Shown one piece after another: positions 36,057-39,785 of a DNA stretch of 39,785 bases. A program made the translations under genes and the position numbers. The first letter of the stretch is position 1; each line of letters begins with the position of its first letter. The stretch lies in the NCBI GenBank assembly GCA_022425785.1, contig JAKMEV010000241.1:1-39785 (forward strand), written 5' to 3'. Origin of the DNA: Akkermansiaceae bacterium. GTDB lineage: Bacteria; Verrucomicrobiota; Verrucomicrobiia; Verrucomicrobiales; Akkermansiaceae. The notes beneath the pieces were generated by a model. That model was not told the origin of the DNA and searched no databases. It was given only the letters and a program-made list of their open reading frames with translations.

Positions 36057-36521
36057 TTATTCCGCCCTCTCATCGAGAAAGCCGATAATCCCGCCCATCG
36101 CCTCGTTCATTACGCGCGAGACCGAGTCGTAGGCCTGCCGCCCCATCCCGATGGGATCAGGCACATCCACACCGACCTGCCCGTTGCATTCCACGAAGTC
36201 ACAAGCGAGATGGTATTTCTCCTCAAACTCCGGAAACATCATCTCCAGCATCTCGAGATGGCTCGCCGTCATGCAGAAAACGGCCTCCGCATCCTTCAAA
36301 ATCTCCTTGTCTACCATGCGGCTCCGGAACCCCGGCAGCTCAACCCCCTGGTCCCTCAGCACCTCCAAAGTCTCACGACTGGCCGAACATCCCGGCTGGG
36401 CGGCCACGCCTGCCGAGCTCACCTCATAATTAGCGTCTCCGACGGCCTTGCGAAAAATTCCTTCCGCCATCGGGCTCCGGCAGGTATTCCCAGTGCAAAC
36501 AAACAAGATCTTTCGAGGCAT
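36057..36521 (-). CDS. Low-molecular-weight protein phosphatase (YwlE-like LMW-PTP)
   Basis: I place the start at ATG 36521. The P-loop is KILFVCTGNTCRSPMAEG (CX5R-S), and the conserved DP motif is near the C-terminus (VPDPIG). Confidence 0.88.
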   Translation of the reverse strand: MPRKILFVCTGNTCRSPMAEGIFRKAVGDANYEVSSAGVAAQPGCSASRETLEVLRDQGVELPGFRSRMVDKEILKDAEAVFCMTASHLEMLEMMFPEFEEKYHLACDFVECNGQVGVDVPDPIGMGRQAYDSVSRVMNEAMGGIIGFLDERAE

Positions 36522-36573
36522 GGAAAGGACGCTAGCTCCTCTCCGGTATCTCTCAATAATCAATTCAACTCAG

Positions 36574-36990
36574 ATGAAAATCGCCAATTTCCTCCTCGCT
36601 GCCCTCTTCGCCTTCTTTGCCTGGGTCCAGCGCAACGACATCGACCCCTCGATCTACAGCGACCCCTTCATGGACAATCCAGCCCTGGATTCGGCCCTCT
36701 GGCTCATCTTCTACCTCATCATCGCCGTCGGCTTCGTTGTGGTCTCCTTCCGAAAACTCCCCAAGTGGTATTTTGTGGTCGCGATCGTCGCCTGCCTCTT
36801 CGAGATGGCCATGTCCGGCCCCGGCCTCTGGGAAAACATCTTCGGAGACAAACCCGCCACCATGGCCCAGAACTCGATGTCTGCCGCAGACCCCCGCGTC
36901 GAACTCAGCCGCGAATTCTTCGGAGCGCTCATTGCCCTCGCCGCCGTCTTCTTCCAGCTTTGGCAAAGCCGCCGACTCAAGAACGCCTGA
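36574..36990 (+). CDS. TMEM220-family small membrane protein
   Basis: I place the start at ATG 36574. MKIANFLLAALFAFFAWVQRNDIDP is followed by four hydrophobic helices. The track's longer start at 36448 overlaps the divergent gene. Confidence 0.6.
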   Translation: MKIANFLLAALFAFFAWVQRNDIDPSIYSDPFMDNPALDSALWLIFYLIIAVGFVVVSFRKLPKWYFVVAIVACLFEMAMSGPGLWENIFGDKPATMAQNSMSAADPRVELSREFFGALIALAAVFFQLWQSRRLKNA

Positions 36991-37077
36991 AGATGGAAAA
37001 CATCGGATACCTTACCGAAGCGATCTTCCGGGAAGCGAATATCTCGATCTCGGCGCTATCGTCGAAAAATAAACCGC

Positions 37078-37776
37078 TTATTCTTCCCGGCGGCGGAATT
37101 CTCCCGGAGGGCACCCCACCGCTGCTTTAAACTGACGAGTCAGCGATGACTGCTCGCTGTAACCACATTGCAGAGCAATTTCCGCAATCCCCAGATCAGT
37201 GTCCCGCAAAAGCACCGCGGCACGATCAACGCGAAGCTTTCGAACATACTGACCGACGCTCAATTTAAAAATCCGCTTCATGCGGCGCTCCAGTTGGGAA
37301 CCATTCATTCCGGCGATCTTTGCCAAGTCGGGCACTTTAATTTCCTCATCAAGATGGTCATGCACCCAATCGACCACCTTGCGAAGGCCCGCCATTTTCA
37401 AATCCCCCACGCTGGGACTTTGTAGATCCCTCGAGATCGAGACGAGGCCCGTCACCACCCCCGCTTCATCAGTCAGCGGAAACTTACTCGCGAGATACCA
37501 ACCCAAAGAACCATCGCGATTCGTGATCAACTCCAGACGATCCACCACCTCACCACCTCCCTGAAGCACCGCCTCATCCTGCTTCCGATAGACCTCAGCC
37601 AGTGTCTCAGGAAATAGCTCCTCCGCCCTGCGCCCGATCACCTGGGCCTCCGATTTCAACCCCAAACGCTCTGCGAAGGCCGGGTTGACCGAGCGGTAGA
37701 CCCGCTCCACATCCTTCACGCAATAGACGATATCCGGAATCACACGGAATATTCGGTCTACGGTTTCGGTGGTCAT
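37078..37776 (-). CDS. PAS-sensor AraC-family transcriptional regulator
   Basis: N-terminal PAS fold (IVYCVKDVERVYRSVNPAFAERLG...). The C-terminal AraC HTH is IAGMNGSQLERRMKRIF...IAEIALQCGYSEQSSLTRQFK. Confidence 0.85.
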   Translation of the reverse strand: MTTETVDRIFRVIPDIVYCVKDVERVYRSVNPAFAERLGLKSEAQVIGRRAEELFPETLAEVYRKQDEAVLQGGGEVVDRLELITNRDGSLGWYLASKFPLTDEAGVVTGLVSISRDLQSPSVGDLKMAGLRKVVDWVHDHLDEEIKVPDLAKIAGMNGSQLERRMKRIFKLSVGQYVRKLRVDRAAVLLRDTDLGIAEIALQCGYSEQSSLTRQFKAAVGCPPGEFRRREE

Positions 37777-37861
37777 CTCACCTCCTTTTCACCGATTCCT
37801 ACGCTCGTGGCAAGTCACACGGTCAAGACCTCGCCCGAATTACTTGTTATCTTTAAGTTCA

Positions 37862-39769
37862 ATGTCGTCTCCACAGCTATCGCATTCGGAAATCACCAGC
37901 GATTCAATCACCGCCGGCCTCGTCGACGAAGCCTGCACCCTGGCCGCCGAACTCCTCACCACCGCCCGCGCGGCCCGGACCCCAATCGAGAAAAGCGAGG
38001 CTCACAAGATGACCCGCCTCCTCGCCGACACCGCCGGAAAGGAACTCACCTTCCATCTCGCCGACGAAGTGTTCCGCCCGCCCACCGCCAAGGCCCAAGC
38101 CCGGGTCTTTCGCCAACTCATCGCCCGCCACGGCATCCCGGCCTACCTCAAGCCACATCAAAAAATCATGATGCGCGGAGGTGCCCTGGCCTCCCACCTC
38201 TTCCCAAAGCTCGTGATGCCCGCCGTCACCGCCCAAATCCGCCGCGATTCCCAACGCGTCATTCTCTCCCGCGAAGACGACAAGCTCACCCGTTACTTCG
38301 CCTCTCGGAGTCGCATCAATCTCAACCTCCTCGGTGAAGCGATTCTTGGCGAGGAAGAGGCCGAAAACCGCCTCCAGGAAAACCTCACTCTCCTCAGCAA
38401 GCCCGAGTGCACTTACCTCTCGGTAAAAATCTCCGCCATCTTTTCCCAAATCAATCTCCTCGATGAAGAAGGCACTCTCACCGCGATCCAGGAACGACTC
38501 CGAAAACTCTACCGCACCGGGAAGTTCATCAATCTCGACATGGAAGAATACCGCGACCTTGACCTCACGTGCGAAGCCTTCCGCCGCACTCTCGACGAAG
38601 AGGAGTTTCAATCCCTCGAAGCTGGTATCGTCCTGCAAGCTTATCTCCCCGACTCGTATCAGGTTCTCAAGGAACTCACCGAGTGGGCCAAGACCCGCAA
38701 GACTTCCATTAAGGTCCGCATTGTCAAAGGAGCCAATCTCGCCATGGAAAAAGTCGAAGCCTCCCTGCACGACTGGCCACAAGCACCCTATTCCGACAAG
38801 GCCGACGTCGATGCCAATTTCAAACGGATGCTCCACTACGCCTGCCGTCCTGAGAACACCGTAGCCGTTCGCATCGGCGTCGCTTCCCACAATCTCTTCG
38901 ACATCGCCTACGCCCTCTTGCTCCGCTCCCGACACGGAGTTGAAGACCGCGTCGAATTGGAAATGCTCGAAGGCATGTCCAACGATCAGGCCCGTGTTCT
39001 TGAAAAACGCAACTCCCCCGTCCTCCTCTACTCGCCCATCGTGCGCGGGAAGGATTTCCACTCCGCCATCGCCTACCTCGTGCGACGCCTCGACGAAAAC
39101 ACCTCTCCCGAAAACTTCCTCCCTCATGTCTTCTCGATGACCCCGGGCGACCCCGAATGGCAGGAACAAGAAAAACGATTTCGCGAGGCCTGCCAGCGAA
39201 TCGACTCCGCTGCCTCCAAGCCCAATCGCCAACAAAACCGCGCCCTCCCACCTCAGCCTGCCGGGTCGGATTTCCGCAACTCCCCCGACACCGACTGGGT
39301 CCTCCCTGCCAACCGCCAATGGCTCGCCGGAGAACTTCAAGACTTCCAGCCCGACTCTCCGCCTTCCTGCCCGGAACTGGAGGAGGTCCTGCAAATCGCC
39401 AAGTCCTCGGAGTGGTCTCAAACCGCTCCCGCCAAACGTGCCGATCTCCTCTACCGCGTCGCCGACCAACTGGAAGCCGCCCGCGGTCGCCTCATCGCGG
39501 TAATGCGCCATGAAGCCGAGAAGCGTCCTTTCGAAGCCGACGTCGAAATTTCCGAAGCAGCCGATTTTGCCAACTACTACGGGAAGCACATTTCGGCCGA
39601 GGGCTTTCTCGACGGCTCCACTCCGACCCCGCTCGGCACGATTGTCATCACCCCGCCCTGGAACTTCCCTTGCGCCATCCCTTGCGGTGGAATTCTCGCC
39701 GCCCTCGCAGCCGGAAATTCCGTCATCATCAAACCGGCACCCGAAACCGTTCTCACTGCCTGGGAATAG
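37862..39769 (+). CDS. putA: Bifunctional proline dehydrogenase / glutamate-semialdehyde dehydrogenase PutA; the reading frame ends prematurely at 39767-39769
   Basis: I place the start at ATG 37862. PRODH barrel motifs are present (INLDMEEY, VRIVKGAN, GVASHN, LEMLEGM). The ALDH domain begins (ITPPWNFPCAI...AAGNSVIIKPAPET) but is cut by TAG. The -1 frame continues open as IVKCLW to the window end. Confidence 0.85.
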   Translation: MSSPQLSHSEITSDSITAGLVDEACTLAAELLTTARAARTPIEKSEAHKMTRLLADTAGKELTFHLADEVFRPPTAKAQARVFRQLIARHGIPAYLKPHQKIMMRGGALASHLFPKLVMPAVTAQIRRDSQRVILSREDDKLTRYFASRSRINLNLLGEAILGEEEAENRLQENLTLLSKPECTYLSVKISAIFSQINLLDEEGTLTAIQERLRKLYRTGKFINLDMEEYRDLDLTCEAFRRTLDEEEFQSLEAGIVLQAYLPDSYQVLKELTEWAKTRKTSIKVRIVKGANLAMEKVEASLHDWPQAPYSDKADVDANFKRMLHYACRPENTVAVRIGVASHNLFDIAYALLLRSRHGVEDRVELEMLEGMSNDQARVLEKRNSPVLLYSPIVRGKDFHSAIAYLVRRLDENTSPENFLPHVFSMTPGDPEWQEQEKRFREACQRIDSAASKPNRQQNRALPPQPAGSDFRNSPDTDWVLPANRQWLAGELQDFQPDSPPSCPELEEVLQIAKSSEWSQTAPAKRADLLYRVADQLEAARGRLIAVMRHEAEKRPFEADVEISEAADFANYYGKHISAEGFLDGSTPTPLGTIVITPPWNFPCAIPCGGILAALAAGNSVIIKPAPETVLTAWE

Positions 39770-39785
39770 TGAAATGCCTCTGGCA

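Noticed and set aside
36210-37130. A 306-aa plus-strand ORF, together with similar long shadow ORFs (21671..22303, 23292..23972, 28816..29475, 32118..32867, 34880..35689, 10712..11437, 12516..12986, 13197..13823).
   Set aside because: Each overlaps a gene with clear family motifs on the other strand or in another frame. Their R/H/P/G-rich compositions are unlike real proteins.
37904-39589. A 561-aa minus-strand ORF, the longest unannotated ORF in the window.
   Set aside because: It lies entirely antisense to the strongly recognisable putA. Its composition is G/E/V/A/R-rich with no recognisable motifs, which is the typical shadow ORF produced by GC-biased codon usage.
1-39785. A search of all intergenic spacers longer than 40 nt for tRNA-Sec (selC), other tRNAs, rRNA, IS ends or integrase genes.
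   Set aside because: I found no cloverleaf-compatible sequence with a T-loop consensus, no terminal inverted repeats and no transposase or integrase ORFs by eye. A tRNA or covariance-model scan would be needed to be certain.

Overview
A 39.8 kb, densely coded chromosomal segment with about 36 credible genes and no rRNA, tRNA, CRISPR or recognisable mobile element. By inference only, the gene content points to a marine polysaccharide-degrading Verrucomicrobiota or Planctomycetota-like bacterium: a PEP-CTERM anchor, a planctomycete cytochrome c domain, a Cys-type sulfatase, a SASA esterase, a GH13 enzyme, LTD/CotH giant proteins and thrombospondin-type-3 (TSP3) repeats. The window falls into four parts. 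(i) 1-11.5 kb encodes secreted or periplasmic proteins: an HGSNAT-like acyltransferase, a CBM-like protein, a PSCyt1 protein, a LamG-like protein, an FKBP, two PQQ-like propellers, an NHL propeller and a frame-disrupted GH13. (ii) 11.6-19.8 kb is a surface-protein cluster of three neighbouring genes that share an unassigned N-terminal domain with a vicinal-Cys motif; one is a 1715-aa CotH/LTD giant and one a minimal PEP-CTERM form. (iii) 20-27 kb holds housekeeping and periplasmic genes: cytochrome c peroxidase, a Tat-exported TIM-barrel protein, a Ski2-like helicase, a GNAT, a MenF-like enzyme and tpiA. (iv) 27-39.8 kb holds an esterase, sulfatase, HMA protein, fxsA, selB, an rpiB-glyA fusion, an LMW-PTP and a PAS-AraC regulator next to putA. 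The most interesting signal is an ArsC-fold gene (28193-28549) that ORF callers split. It has one in-frame TGA exactly at the catalytic-Cys position, followed by a SECIS-like hairpin with a GGUC loop, and the selenocysteine elongation factor gene selB lies 3.4 kb away. selB is itself tightly coupled to a divergent IF-1-like gene. Other observations are a recurrent C-terminal module on four secreted proteins, two homopolymer-associated frame disruptions (GH13, putA), an aquaporin 3' relic, an orphan terminator hairpin and a 382-bp unexplained spacer.
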